DNA from: Isurus oxyrinchus
Lineage: Eukaryota
DNA length: 64,000 bases
Direction: 5' to 3'
Assembly (NCBI GenBank): GCA_026770705.1
Contig: JANJGN010000016.1
Coordinates: 44,950,001-45,014,000 of the forward strand
Shown: positions 1-11,650 of the stretch, in pieces
Numbering within the stretch: the first letter of the stretch is position 1
Layout of the letters: every line of letters begins with the position of its first letter
Notes under the pieces: generated by a model
Seen by the model: only the letters and a program-made list of their open reading frames with translations
What the model was told of the DNA's origin: nothing
The model's database searches: none
Position numbers and translations under genes: made by a program

Positions 1-205
1 ATCTATTCTGTCACACAGGTCAGCCATAAGAACAGGGAGCTGCTGTGTCTGGCTGACACTCATCCACCTCTGAGGAGGAGGAGGAGACCTCAGGGTGCAA
101 TGTCATGTGTCATATCATTGTTCTGCACCCTGCAGACAGTAACATGTTGGTGGGTATGCATGCCCCCTTAGATTTGAGCTCACAACCTGGTGACAGCACC
201 ACTCG
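1..205 (+). mobile_element. Possible remnant of a Harbinger Myb-like gene (late acidic exon)
   Basis: Short acidic run (tctgaggaggaggaggagacc) in a context resembling the late exon at 8113-8400; similarity judged by eye only. Confidence 0.25.
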
Positions 206-944
206 CTTATGTTCCTAATACAACAGCCCTTTTTTCATATCTCCTTTTTTTTTTTCAGTTCTTCTTGTCCTGAAATCTTGCTTCACTTTCAATTAATTTT
301 CTAGTGAATTAGCAGACAATTTGACTAATTTAGATTCTGAATAAACATTTGCATAACTAGGGAAATATTTTTTTCCAAACACTGTCAAAATATGTTGAAA
401 AGCCTTTTGATAACAAATGGCAAGAAAACATGGTTTAACAAAACACTAAAATCACACTTTTAAGATTGGAAAATCAGTATTGATATCTATTTAATCCTTT
501 AAGGGTTGTATTATTCATGGGCCACTCCTTGGCCTACTCTTGATGGTTGAAGGGAGTACCTAGCACGAACGGGATGGAAAATCACGTTAAACTCCATTTA
601 AATGCATTGTAATATTTAACTAAATAGTTGATTTCCAATGAGACAACTCCAGGGTAGTCTATAAGGTCATTAAAGATCTAGCTAGGTGTTTTGGAGCCCA
701 ATTCTGTGGCATCCAACATCTTTTCCATTCATTTGTCCCTACAGTAGTAATTAGAAAATGTACGCTACCATGTCTAGGGCCTGGTTTGTGATACCGGATG
801 TTGTTGCAACAAACATCACAATTGACCAGGATGTGACTAAGTTTAGGATCAGCTGCACTAACACTATAAATCCTATTTTAGTTGAAACAGAGATTTAAAC
901 AAAATCGATATCAATCAGAAACTGAGCCCTTGTACATGCCTTAC

Positions 945-978
945 CTTCAGATAATTCAGTCCCAGCTACTTGGTGCTC
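945..978 (-). other. Candidate 34-nt exon of an unidentified host gene (EHQVAGTELSE)
   Basis: Minus strand: acceptor attattcattgatAG, donor GTAAGG; open in phase 0. Confidence 0.35.
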
Positions 979-1345
979 CTATCAATGAATAATACAGAAT
1001 GATTGGATTTATGAATAAATACTTCTGTTTCTACCTGTGTTGAAGCTTAAAAAATACAATTTTGTTATGGAGAATCATTTCAATCCAAACTGAATACAAT
1101 TCAACCCTAACCAATTTCTGAAAAGGTATAAATGACGTGGATTGTATCAGAAATATACATCCGTCACTTCTCATAAAAATCTCCTGTGAAAACAACGTAT
1201 CTGCTTTCAGATCACAAGACTTGTCAAACCAGAACTTCTTGTTTTTATATTTATCACCAAATATATTCAATGCAACAGGTTCAATAATTAAATATGTTAA
1301 ATCAACCTCTTGAGGCAAAAGCTTAGCTCTGGCTGGTGCATCTCA

Positions 1346-1402
1346 TTACTCTGACTGGCTTTGTTTTCTTTGACTTAAACTGTTGTCTCTTGTATTACAA
1401 TG
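1346..1402 (-). other. Candidate exon (HCNTRDNSLSQRKQSQSE*)
   Basis: Acceptor tgtctgtttgtgggtttAG; phase 0 reading is compatible with the 5216-5394 segment; ends in TAA TGA. Confidence 0.3.
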
Positions 1403-2229
1403 CTAAACCCACAAACAGACAACAGCACAGTACATGCAGGGTTTGCAATTTTAATAAAGTACAGTTTTCCTGAATCGACTAATTACAACTTGGGTTTGAA
1501 AGGCAAAGGGCTTTGCTAACAGGTGACTGATAAATGTTGGAAGGATGCAGACTTAATTTTATTCAACAAGGACAGCATCGTTGTATGTTCAGTTAAGTGA
1601 TGGTGTAAATATTTTTAAGTGATGCTAGGGCAAACTTCAGGCTTAAAAATAATCAAGTCAATCGGCCTAACATATATATAATACCATGGATGATTGCTTG
1701 GACGTGATAGCTTAGAAAGAATGTTGTGGCTTCCAGCCAACGAAAGCCAGATGGTGTCCTGCATGAACATATGTCAAAGAGTGTCGACTGTTGCTGCATG
1801 GGAAAAAGCACAATGATGAAAGCTTCTGTTCAATGTTCTCCAACAGGTGGTGGCCTTAATCTTGCAAGTTTGGTGCTATAAGTTTTATAAGTGCTTCATT
1901 ATATTCCAATGTATTGAGTTGTAATTCACAGCCTGCCTTTTCACTTTGGGAGAACTCACTTACTTTGTCAGCAATCTCAGCAAACACTTGAACGGCTGGA
2001 GGTTGCAAGTCATTAAACATCTAGAGATAATTCTGCGATGGGACTTACTGAGCTTGACTTTTGCATTTAACGTAAGTTGAGTGGGCAGTAGGAACAGCAT
2101 CTACTGCACCCCCTTGTCTATGCAGTTGAGGGAAGACCCTAGCCAGCTTTGTGATCAGCTTTTATTAGCATAATTGCAACGTTTCCACCATAATTGTGCT
2201 GCCTATAGGCAGCATGCCAGTTGGGAGGG

Positions 2230-3900
2230 TGGAAAATCAAGCAGCGCAGCTACTACTTAAAGGCAGCCTGCAGATCCTGAAAGGGGGGGGTGGGTGGTGT
2301 ACCCTTCAATGGTGTTGAGTGGAAAGTGATTTTCTGAAGATACAGTCCACATGACATTATAGAGCAGCAGTAAAGAAGCCGTTTTTCCCTCTAAGTGGGG
2401 GGACAGGTATGGAGCAAAATGAGTCTGCACCTCTGCTTTTTGCCCTCGAGGTGGCTGTGGGGGGGAAGAGTTGTTCACCTCCTTATGGAATGTGCGTTTG
2501 CAAAGAAGGTCTGGAGAGAGATGCAGTGTTTTTTGTCGAGTTTCATCCCAAACGTGTGACACAGGACTCTGTGCTCTACGGGATGTTCCCAGGGACACAC
2601 ACCGAGACAAACATCAACTGCAGCTGGAAGATCATTAACTCGGTGAAAGACTCTCTTTGGTCTACCCGAAACTTGTTGGTCTTCCAGTGCAAAGAATTGT
2701 CCCCAACCGAGAATTGCAGAGTGGCACATTTCAAGGTCCAGGACTACGTGCTGTGGGATGCACTAAAGCTTGGGGCAGCCGCCGCAAAGGCGCAATGGGG
2801 AAAGGTCGCTGTCTAAGACCTTTCTGCCATAATACACTGAGGGGCTGGGAATTGTATAGACTTCTCGAGCTGTATGGCTCGCAATGAATGTATGCATTGA
2901 ATACTAATTTTATTATAATTGTATTGAAGCACCTCAGAGTACAACATGATGTATGTTGATGACTCCAATCCCATTCCACTGTCTGTCTATAATGACCATA
3001 TTGAAATGACTAATATTCATTGATTGTATTGAAGCACCTTGTAACCCGTGTGTAAAAGTTGAATATGATTGCACTTTTTGTGATGGTGATTTAGAAATGC
3101 TCTGTAATGTTCTTTCAGATATTTTATGAATAAAGTATATTTTTCAAAAAAAAATAAGTCTGCACCAAAGGTGGCAGGGCAAATCATTGTCACCAGCATT
3201 ATTCTCAGAATCAAGCTGTAGTACTGTCAAGGTAAGAATCTTATTTACACTTCTTTTACATCCTGTATAGCCCTGCAATATCCCACAGTAGCCCCAGCAC
3301 TATCAATGCTTCCCTCTCTCACTCCTCATGCCTCTCCACCAATGACAATGAGGCATTTTATTGCACCTCCTTCTGCTGGCTTTCACACCCTAAAAGAAAA
3401 TGCTATTACTCTCACAACTGTTTCCCTCCTCTTGGTCACATTTGCTGCTTCTTCTCCTCATCATGTACACTATGCTAAGTTGCTTCAAACACTTTCAAAT
3501 CCCTCAAGCAGGGAACAGATTAATCCACTTGCACTCTTGTTGCAAGAGAAGTTGGTATGCAACAGGAAAGCCTGTCAAAACAGGAGGGAGCCCTGCATCT
3601 GTATATATGTTGACACCAGTGGATGAGGCAACCATCAATATTGTAGGCAGGGAGAGATGGTGAGGCTGGAGATTGTACATGGTAGGATGTTCGGGCATCT
3701 ACTGTTCCTTTTCTCTTTATACACAACTGGGCCAGACCTCTCCAGCAGCTACTACAATCAGGTTCATTCAGCTTTAACCTCCTGGAGGTCACTAACCATG
3801 GGCATCTCAAGAAGCTGAGCTACAGTACTCTTCTGCTTCCCATGCTGAAACCACTGGGGAGCACAGTGTAGTGGCAACAAACCTAGAAAGAGAGTACTCC
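2230..3900 (+). mobile_element. Decayed PIF/Harbinger Myb/SANT gene remnant, interrupted by a Tx1 insertion
   Basis: Exon 1 pieces (FSEDTV..AVFPS / KVAGQIIVTS..R) end at donor caag|GTAAGA (~3231). Exon 2 at ~3547 reads EKLVCNRK..KTGGSPASVYMLTPVDEATINIVG, matching the EKxAHN..KTGGG..LT..EE..I.G pattern of Harbinger Myb proteins. Confidence 0.6.
2432..3150 (+). mobile_element. 5'-truncated Tx1/L1-clade non-LTR retrotransposon (ORF2 C-terminus, 3'UTR, polyA)
   Basis: C-terminal peptide VTQDSVLYGMFPGTHTETNINCSWKIINSVKDSLWSTRNLLVF..KAQWGK; AATAAA plus polyA at ~3129-3154; TSD aaaatgagtctgcacc (2416-2431) / aaaataagtctgcacc (3151-3166). Confidence 0.85.
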
Positions 3901-4575
3901 AGATAGGCTCTAGAGGGTCAGAACATAGTGATATTTAGTGATAGACATTTGTATAAGGGAGGAAAATTATACATTTTTTTGAATAGTTTATGCATAGAGC
4001 CCATTCCTCCCGTAACTGGTGACCCCATGTTGTTAGTTGTTGTGAATTATTGTGATATTTTCAGGTGGATAGAGTTCATTTAAGGATGGAAAGACAGGGA
4101 GACATATTGGACATAACTTCCAAGGCAGATGAGTCAGTGCAATGAAAATTAGGTCAGTTCTTCTTTTATCTCGACCAGATTACTACTCATGAGGCAGTTA
4201 TAAAATGACCTCTTAAGTGTTTCTTAAAAGACTGCACGCTGCTCACTGCTGGTGACTGTGTTTGCTGGAAAGAAAACAATTGGCATGTTGTGCACATTAG
4301 ATAGTTTCTGGACTCTAGCAATCATTCAGCGTTGACAGCTTCAAATTCTCATTTTCTCATCTAATGAGAGAATTCCTGATATATTATCCATGTATTTCTA
4401 TTGCTCCTGTAGAAACGCATATGTTCTTTACATTTTAAAAGCATCAGGAGTTGCCAGATTTATGGACATTTCTTGTCCATCATGTTGAGACATTGCATCC
4501 AATCTTTGAGTTTCTTCTTTCTTGAAACAGGTTTGTCCTTAAAAGTTGTATCTCATTTCCAAATCTCTCCAAATC

Positions 4576-4903
4576 AGATTTTGTTTTTATTCATTATTGG
4601 ATGGGGGCATCGCTGGCACGGCCAGCACTTATTGCCCTTGAAAAGGTGGTGGTGAGCTGCCTTCTTGAACCGCTGCAGTCCATGTGGTGTAGGTACACCC
4701 ACAGTGCTGTTAGGAAGGGAGTTCCATGACTTTGCAACAGTGAAGGAACAGTGATACATTTCCAAGTCAGGATAGTAAGTGACTTGGAGGGGAACGTCCA
4801 GGTGGTCATGTTCCCATGTGTCTGCTGCCCTTGTCCTTCTAGATGGCAATGATCATGGGTTTGGAAGGTGTTGTCTAAGGAGCTTTGGTGAATTCCTGCA
4901 GTG
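4576..4903 (-). mobile_element. 3' end of CR1-group LINE (family B)
   Basis: SFTVAKSWNSLPNSTVGVPTPHGLQRFKKAAHHHL; same 3' end as 46285-47330. Confidence 0.85.
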
Positions 4904-5215
4904 CAATACTTCACATAGGCTAATGTTTACTGCCATATAATCCAAGCTCTTAAAACAATCTTAGATGCAAAATTGCTGGTTGGCTGTCAATGAATTGCAG
5001 ACAGTAATCCAACCAGGATTCAGATGATGAACAGATGATACAAAAGGTTATGATGCAATCTGAACCAATTGATGATTCAATTACTCACTTGAAATTCACT
5101 GACAGTCCTCCAATATCCTCTAGTTGCATGAGATGTTGATCCATTCTTTGGAATGTTTTTTATAATTTATAGAGATAACATCATGATTCAGAAGTTGGAA
5201 GAAGAATGTGCTCAC

Positions 5216-5394
5216 ATACAAAGGACCAAAATAACTTGACTGTCCGAGAGAGTGAGATAGATTTTCCACTTGCTGTCTGGCCTCATAACTGTATTGTGGA
5301 TTGGTTGCTTGTTTCAGAAGTGAAGGTTGTGTGGTTTCAGTACCAGCTGCCTGTTCTATGACACTAGTTTTATGCCTGACAGCAGACTGACAAT
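5216..5394 (-). other. Candidate internal coding exon of an unidentified host gene (xCQSAVRHKTSVIEQAAGTE...SSYFGPLY)
   Basis: Acceptor cttattaacatAG, donor GTGAGC; 179 nt open, phase 1 to phase 0; not recognisably repeat-derived. Confidence 0.45.
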
Positions 5395-6006
5395 CTATGT
5401 TAATAAGACCCCCATTTAGTAACATATTAAGTCCACAATTCTTAACTACATCTGTATTATGTGTGATAAACATCCAAAGAATAAATTTAATTTTGTGACG
5501 CTGGGCATGACTTACTGATATCTTTGTCACATCACTTGTGAATTATTGTGCACAGAAAAATATCTGCAGCAATAAGAAAAAGAGATCTACAGATATGATG
5601 GTTAATATTTCAGACTCTCAGACAAGATATAAATAAAAACATATGACTTGATAGGCAATTCCTGCTTCCTCTGATGTCCAGTCTCTGTGCTCATTCTTGT
5701 CCCTTGCTATTTGATTTGTTACTGCTGTCCTTATTTGAATGCCCTGAAGCTGCAGATGCAAAGTCCTTCACACCTTTTCACTCCTCATATTCTCACTGAG
5801 TTGAAATCAAGCCTCAAGGTACCATTGCCTGCTCAGGAACATTGTCAGGACCTCCAAATGAAAAAGTCTATTTAACTGCCCCAGTCTTCCTCAACTCACA
5901 GAGCCAAAGCTTGACAATAAAACACTAGTGACTGCATGTCAAAAAGAAAGTAGTTAACTGGCTGTGGAGTATCCTGAGGTTGTGAAAGTTGCTGCATGGA
6001 ACCATA

Positions 6007-6700
6007 GGGCAGAATTTAATATTCCCAACATGGATACCGTCCACCCCACTGGGAAACCCATGTCTCTTTGGGGGAGGCCTGACTGAATTAAGTGCCTCTC
6101 AGGCATTTAACTGGCCAGCATTGGGCCATCCCCATGATTTAGGATCCTAGTGGCAGAAATCCCGCCCGCCAAAAGCTGCTAGCCAATCTCCGTTGCCAGC
6201 AGTGCCACTTGGCGTGGTGGCTGCTGTCGGTAATGCTCCAGGGCTTTCACCAGGGATTGTTGCTGGATCCCTGGACACAGGTGAGTGAAGGTTGGATGGG
6301 GGTCATGGGGAGGTGATTGCGGGAGAAGATGGGAAAGTGGGGCGTAGCTTTCAGTGGTCTGACAATGAGGAACCCTCCATGTTAGGCCGTTGGAAAGCCT
6401 TTACCAGGTTTGTTGGGTGACTTTCAGGAGGCACAGAAAGTTGTGCAGCTCCCATTTAATCCCTGAGCCGCCACCAAATTCCAGTGGGATCAGGGATAAT
6501 TGGCACCAGTTGACTTATTAATAAACCTAATTTACATCCGGCCTCGGGCAGACGAGTTTCCCGTTTGGGCCCCTTCCTGCCTCTGATTTGATCACCAGAG
6601 GTTTTCCAACTGCTGGGAAACAGATGCGTGGCCCCTCCAATGACTAAGTGGGCCCGGCCACCATGTATCCTGCTACGATGGGCTGGATTAAATTCTTCCC
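6007..6700. mobile_element. Harbinger-type MITE (subfamily shared with 37681 and 39377)
   Basis: TIRs gggcagaatttaa / ttaaattcttccc; TSD ATA/ATA; internal cccgccc..agctgc.agccaat motif shared with the 37681 copy. Confidence 0.8.
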
Positions 6701-7356
6701 ATATCCTTACTGGTTTATCTCATCCTTGAATGTATTCTTATCAATTGTGGTGTGGTCCTTCAAGAAAAGTCTTAACCGCTTCTGAAGTTTTTTTAATCAT
6801 GAAACTGCAATATGATGTCACTTTATCTGAGTTTTATTGGCAATAAAATTACAAAAATACTCATTCAGGTTCATGCCCTGAGTGGAAACCATACTGTGGC
6901 TGCTAGAATAAGCCTTGACCTGCAATGGGATGTGATAAACACATCAGTCGCAAGCTAAGCCTCACATGTGGAGATTATGATAGAACCAGACCGGCTTTTA
7001 TTTTTTTTTATTTGGAATTCCTTTAAGATGTATAATTTAGGGATAATCAGAGTGCAGGCAGATATTAAGCATTTTTTGTTTTGGAAGTACAAGTTTCATT
7101 GATTTATGTGGCTCCTCCTTTAAGACTAAACAATGAAGGATCGAAGCTCATATATTTAAAATGCATAGTCAGTAACTTTTGCTTCAACAGAAATGTTGCT
7201 CCATCCAGTGACAAGCTAAGTGAACAGAGATGCTGGAACTAGTGGCTAGTGCTACTTAATGAGAACACAGTCTTCTTAAAGGAGAGGTGCATTGAGGCTA
7301 CAAGAAGTGATGAGAGTCATATGAAAATTGAATCTGTGCTCTGCTTACTTTGAGGA

Positions 7357-8750
7357 ATGGCTGAACATGTAAGAATGCATGCACCAAGGCTTTCAGATAT
7401 TACATTGGAAATCTTGGTGGAAAAGAAGAAGAGAGACCCTTTATCTACAGGAAGGCAGGAGTCACTCCAGACAGATGCTTAGGACATAGTAGGAACAAGT
7501 AATGGTGGAGGTCAATTCCAGGAGTTTTGGTCCGAGAACACAAATGCACTGCAGGAAGAAGTTTAACAACTAAGTGATCGCCTTTATTTTCAAATGGCAC
7601 ATCCTACCAACTACATCAGTAACAGTACTCAATTTCCTACACATCCATCACCCACCTACCAACAAACTCTATCAATCAGTACTTTATTGTGTAATTCATA
7701 TGCTTTACCTCCCTTTCACACACTTTGCACTGTTGCAAACTTCACATGCACAACTCACAGCTCGCTGACATAGGCAACTGATCAATCATGACTGCCACAT
7801 CACCCAAACATATTGTACAACACTCACTGACACACTTCATTCTTTCTTGCAGGAAAAGGTGATGCATAACAAACACGCCTGCAAATTTTAGCATCCATTG
7901 AGGAGACAGTGCTGCCATTATGGGTAGGGCTATCACTGAGCCTGTAGCCACTGGCAGCACTGAAGCAAGCGATGGGTATCGCCATGCCAAATCCTCCTCT
8001 TCTCATCCCTTAATCTCTTCTGATGAAATAGCTGCTGATGTGTAAGCACTTAATTCTCACTATCTTCTCTCCCCTCACCACAACCCAGCACTTGTCCTTT
8101 TTTTCATTTCAGATACCCAAGAACAACTACCTGCCCAGTCAGTGGAAGTCAGTGGAGGAAGAAGAAAGTGAAGATGAACAGGGTCTGCCACATGATCACA
8201 TCCTAGCAGCCAGTAGCTCAGATACTGACACTTGATATATTTTAGTAGCTAGGATAGAGAAGAGATCTGGTGATACACTAGATACCAGTGCACAGCAGCC
8301 AGGCTTCAGGGGAAGGATAGTACAAATATCAGCTTGCTGGAGGGCAAGTTTGGACATAAGATCTCCTGCTGGGGACCCAGATGAAGATTTTGATGAGCCA
8401 AGTTGGAGAAGAACATTGATGGGTGTGTGTATGTAACAAAATGTTTGGGGCACTGGGATGCTAACCAGAAAGCTTGTGCTCAATGTCAAGGAACATGGAG
8501 GAGTCCAGTACCAACTTGGCACAGGGCTTCACACAGAGGTTGGAGGGCATGCTTTCCAACATGGTATGCCAGCCAGCACAGACTCCTCCTGGGAAGGCTG
8601 CAATGGTGCAGCCTGAAGCCAGGTCTTCTAGACCCAGAGTGACCTGAGACCATTCTCCAAGGCCATCCCCTCAATTGGAGGTCAGCAGCCTTCCACCAGC
8701 CACATTGCAACCATTGGGGAAGCACTTCATTTAGCACTAGCTAAAGATAA
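7357..8750 (+). pseudogene. Decayed intron-containing Harbinger Myb/SANT (MSANTD/NAIF1-like) gene
   Basis: MAEHVRMHAPRLSDITLEILVE...EQVMVEVNSRSFGPRTQMHCRKKFNN with frameshift and stops; acceptors ttcttgcAG|EKVMHN (~7853) and ttcatttcAG (~8112); acidic EEEESEDE segment. Confidence 0.8.
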
Positions 8751-8989
8751 AAGCAAAGCTAAAACAAAGGCTCATGTAAGAGAGGCACATAAAGAAGTGC
8801 ATAAGGGGATTCATTTATTTTTGGATGCACTACGTTATGTTTGAATTTATAAATTTGCATTGGAATGTTTATTTTCTGGTGGTTTTAGTTTTGTGTTAAT
8901 GGAAAAAGAATAATATGAGGAATGTCAGCGATAGAGGAAAGGTAAGGAGTGTAGCCCTAAGGAGTTGGTGAATGGGGAGGTGTGGTTGA

Positions 8990-9248
8990 GGTTACTGGGA
9001 TTAGTCGTTCATTATTTCATCACCTACAGCACAGGCAGAAAGGGGCTGTGTAAATTGTCACTTTCCTTCCTCTTCCTCCACTTTCTGCTGCATTTCTTCC
9101 TCCTCCTTGTTATCCTGCCTCTCCTCAGCTTCTCACCTGATGGGTGGTAGGAAGGACTGCACCCTCATAATGGTTTGTACAGCATGTAATATGCTACCAC
9201 AACACATTCTACCTGTACAGAAGGACTCCTCCAGAGCAGTCAAGATAG
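8990..9248 (-). pseudogene. C-terminal fragment of a Harbinger (HARBI1-like) transposase, convergent with the Myb gene
   Basis: Minus strand LDCSGGVLLY...VVAYYMLY, close to the RCLDxSGGxLxY...VVxCCMLHN motif, followed by an acidic tail. Confidence 0.7.
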
Positions 9249-10108
9249 TGGTGGCAATGGTGTGCTTTATAAATCTCTAAAATTCTTAAGAGCGAGAATC
9301 ATGACCCTACAAATATTAGTCATTTCTGCTCGTTTTCTAATTTCCAGAGGCTTTTCCAAGAAGAGTTTGGCTGGGTTTAGTGTGGTTTTTTTTACACAAT
9401 GCTAACCATTAGTCTTCAGGATACACAATATAATTTACATAACTCAGTAAGTTTAGTAGTACAGATAGATGAAAAGCCCTTTTTTTCTAGGAGGCACAAT
9501 AATATATGACCAAGGTACAATAAGAGTTGTTTCCTTTATCCACAAACAAGAACATTGCTATTCTTACAATTACTTAAAGTGCACATTGGAACTGTGTTTC
9601 TGCATCTACTAAGGGATGCTGTTAGTCTCCAGGCAACTGCACCATCAATGTTCGCCAACAGGGAATTAAAACCTAAATTAAAACAAAGTAGTTTTGTGCC
9701 TTTTTAGATTCCTGCCTGAACTTAAGAAGGCTTATTCACGACAACTTTTTCATTCTTTTTACAAAGTGATTGTATAATGACACAATTTGAGTTCCTCCAC
9801 AGATGTCACACAATTATTTATGTTTGATTCAGGCCCCTGGAGCTAACAGTTCATTATTATCTGAATTAAATATTTGCTAGCGTTATTTTAATCCCGCATC
9901 TGGAACTAGAGCAGGGAATATAGTTTAATGATGCAACATAGCCATAATGGATATTACTCCAACCCATCAGAGTGTTATATGAAATATATCAGTCATAAAT
10001 TCCCTTGGAGAATGTAATTAGGGAGGATGGGGGTGTGGTTGGAAATACTGTGAGGAAAGGCTTTTTCTGTCAGTGATGTAACCACAGACCCTACCAGAAT
10101 TGGCAGGG

Positions 10109-10418
10109 TAAAGAAAGAAAAAAAGAGCTTGCATTTATATAGTTCCTTTCACAGTCACAGGGCATCCTAAAGAGGTTACAGCTAATGAAGTATTTCTTAA
10201 ATGTAGTCACTGTTGTAAATGCAGCCAATTTGCCCCCCAGCAAGGTCCCACAGACAGTAATGTTTCTGTTTCTTTTTAAAAGAGTTTTAGTTGAAGGATA
10301 AACATCGACCATGACAGGAGCGATAACTCCCCTGATCCTTGTCACAATAGTGCCGTGGGATTTTGTATGTACACCTTAGAGAGCTTACAGAGCCTTGGTT
10401 TAGTGTCTCATCCAAAAC
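10109..10418 (-). mobile_element. Deu-domain SINE (SacSINE1/AmnSINE-like), partial
   Basis: gcatttatatag..tttcac tail and ggataaa..aactcccctg.tc.t...aatagtgccgtgggat core; shared with 34047, 41883 and 59800. Confidence 0.75.
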
Positions 10419-11454
10419 TTGTGCTAGAAAAGATTCTGAAGAGGTTATAGTATTTCCAGATGCTGAGTCACTTCATGGCAGCCTCAGTGTCACAAGCATC
10501 AACAGCTGCAACCAAAACCCTTGAAGGATCAGTGCATAGCTCACAGTTTCTCAGGTACTGAACTAAAGGTTAGACAGATGAGGATGTGTAAGGAAGGCTT
10601 GTTGAATGATTACTGGAAGTGAACCAGTTTTGAGAAGCGAACAATGGTGTTGGTGTTCCCAACATGGAGAGATCAGTGAGTCTGTTGCCAAGATTTGTTG
10701 TTTACTGGATCCAACAGTGAGAAAATTCCCGAAAATGGATATCTCTAACTGGCACCTCTCTTTGGCTGGTACTGATCATTCACATATGAGACAAAGAGGA
10801 GGAGAAGGGTAATGATTATGAAGAAGAAATCAGTCTCTTAGCCTCTGGCAAAGAATCTTCTCTTTCACTCCATGCATTACTCAGTTGCTTTTTTCTGCTC
10901 GCCATCTAGGTGATTTTCACCCAGAAGCTGAAGTTAGTGAGATGAAGAATTAGCACTGGGGTATTCACAATCCACTAAGGAACCAGACCACTGGGGAGTG
11001 AAGGAAAGGCTGTGGAGGCATCCACCCTCAGCTGAAAAGACAACAGATTCAAATCTCAAGGGTCTTCTCTGAAAATATTAGCATTGTACACAGGCACTGA
11101 AATCCAATTCCTAAGAAATGCAGTGGACACCAGTGAGTGCTTTCTTAAATGGCACCATTTGGGTAGCATTTTTTCTCACAACAAACATCAGTAGAGTGTA
11201 TGGCATCTTCATTGTGATCTCCAACCTCTCATCCAGGTGCCTCCTTTTTATAAGAAGGCTGTAGCCCTTGAATCTTTGGGAGACAGAGATAATGGGGCAC
11301 CCTATTCCCACTTTCTCTTGTTGGTTTACAAGAGATCCTTCTCAGCGTTTTCAGTACTTTGTTCTAAGCATGAGACCTGTCATCCTGCTGATCAGTGACC
11401 ATTCTTAACCTGTAGCTAGCACCTTTGACACAGTGAGGCTCCTCCAACATTAAT

Positions 11455-11650
11455 AATAGAAACAGAAAATGCTGGAAAAGCTCAGCAGGTCTGGCAGCAT
11501 CTGTGGAATGAGAAACAGAGTTAACATTTCAAGTCTGTATGGCTCTTCTTCAGAGCTTCATCTCTCCACAGATGCTGCCAGACCTGCTGAGCTTTCCCAG
11601 CATTTTCTGTTTTTATTTCAGATTTCCAGCATCCGCAGTATTTTGCTTTT
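11455..11650. mobile_element. Short palindromic non-autonomous element derived from a Penelope-like 3' end
   Basis: Inverted arms aaacagaaaatgctggaaaagctcagcaggtctggcagcatctgtgga / tccacagatgctgccagacctgctgagctttcccagcattttctgttt; the arm matches 59245-59338. Confidence 0.8.
11519..11557 (-). ncRNA. Minimal type I hammerhead ribozyme motif (partly decayed)
   Basis: Reverse complement AGCT CTGAAGA A GAGCC ataca GACTT GAAA TGTT AACT: CUGANGA and GAAA boxes present, stems imperfect. Confidence 0.65.

Noticed and set aside
10400-11450. KICCLLDPTVRK..AGTDH, faintly like a CR1 ORF1 esterase (VCCLPGARV..GTND)
   Set aside because: Too decayed to support a call without an alignment
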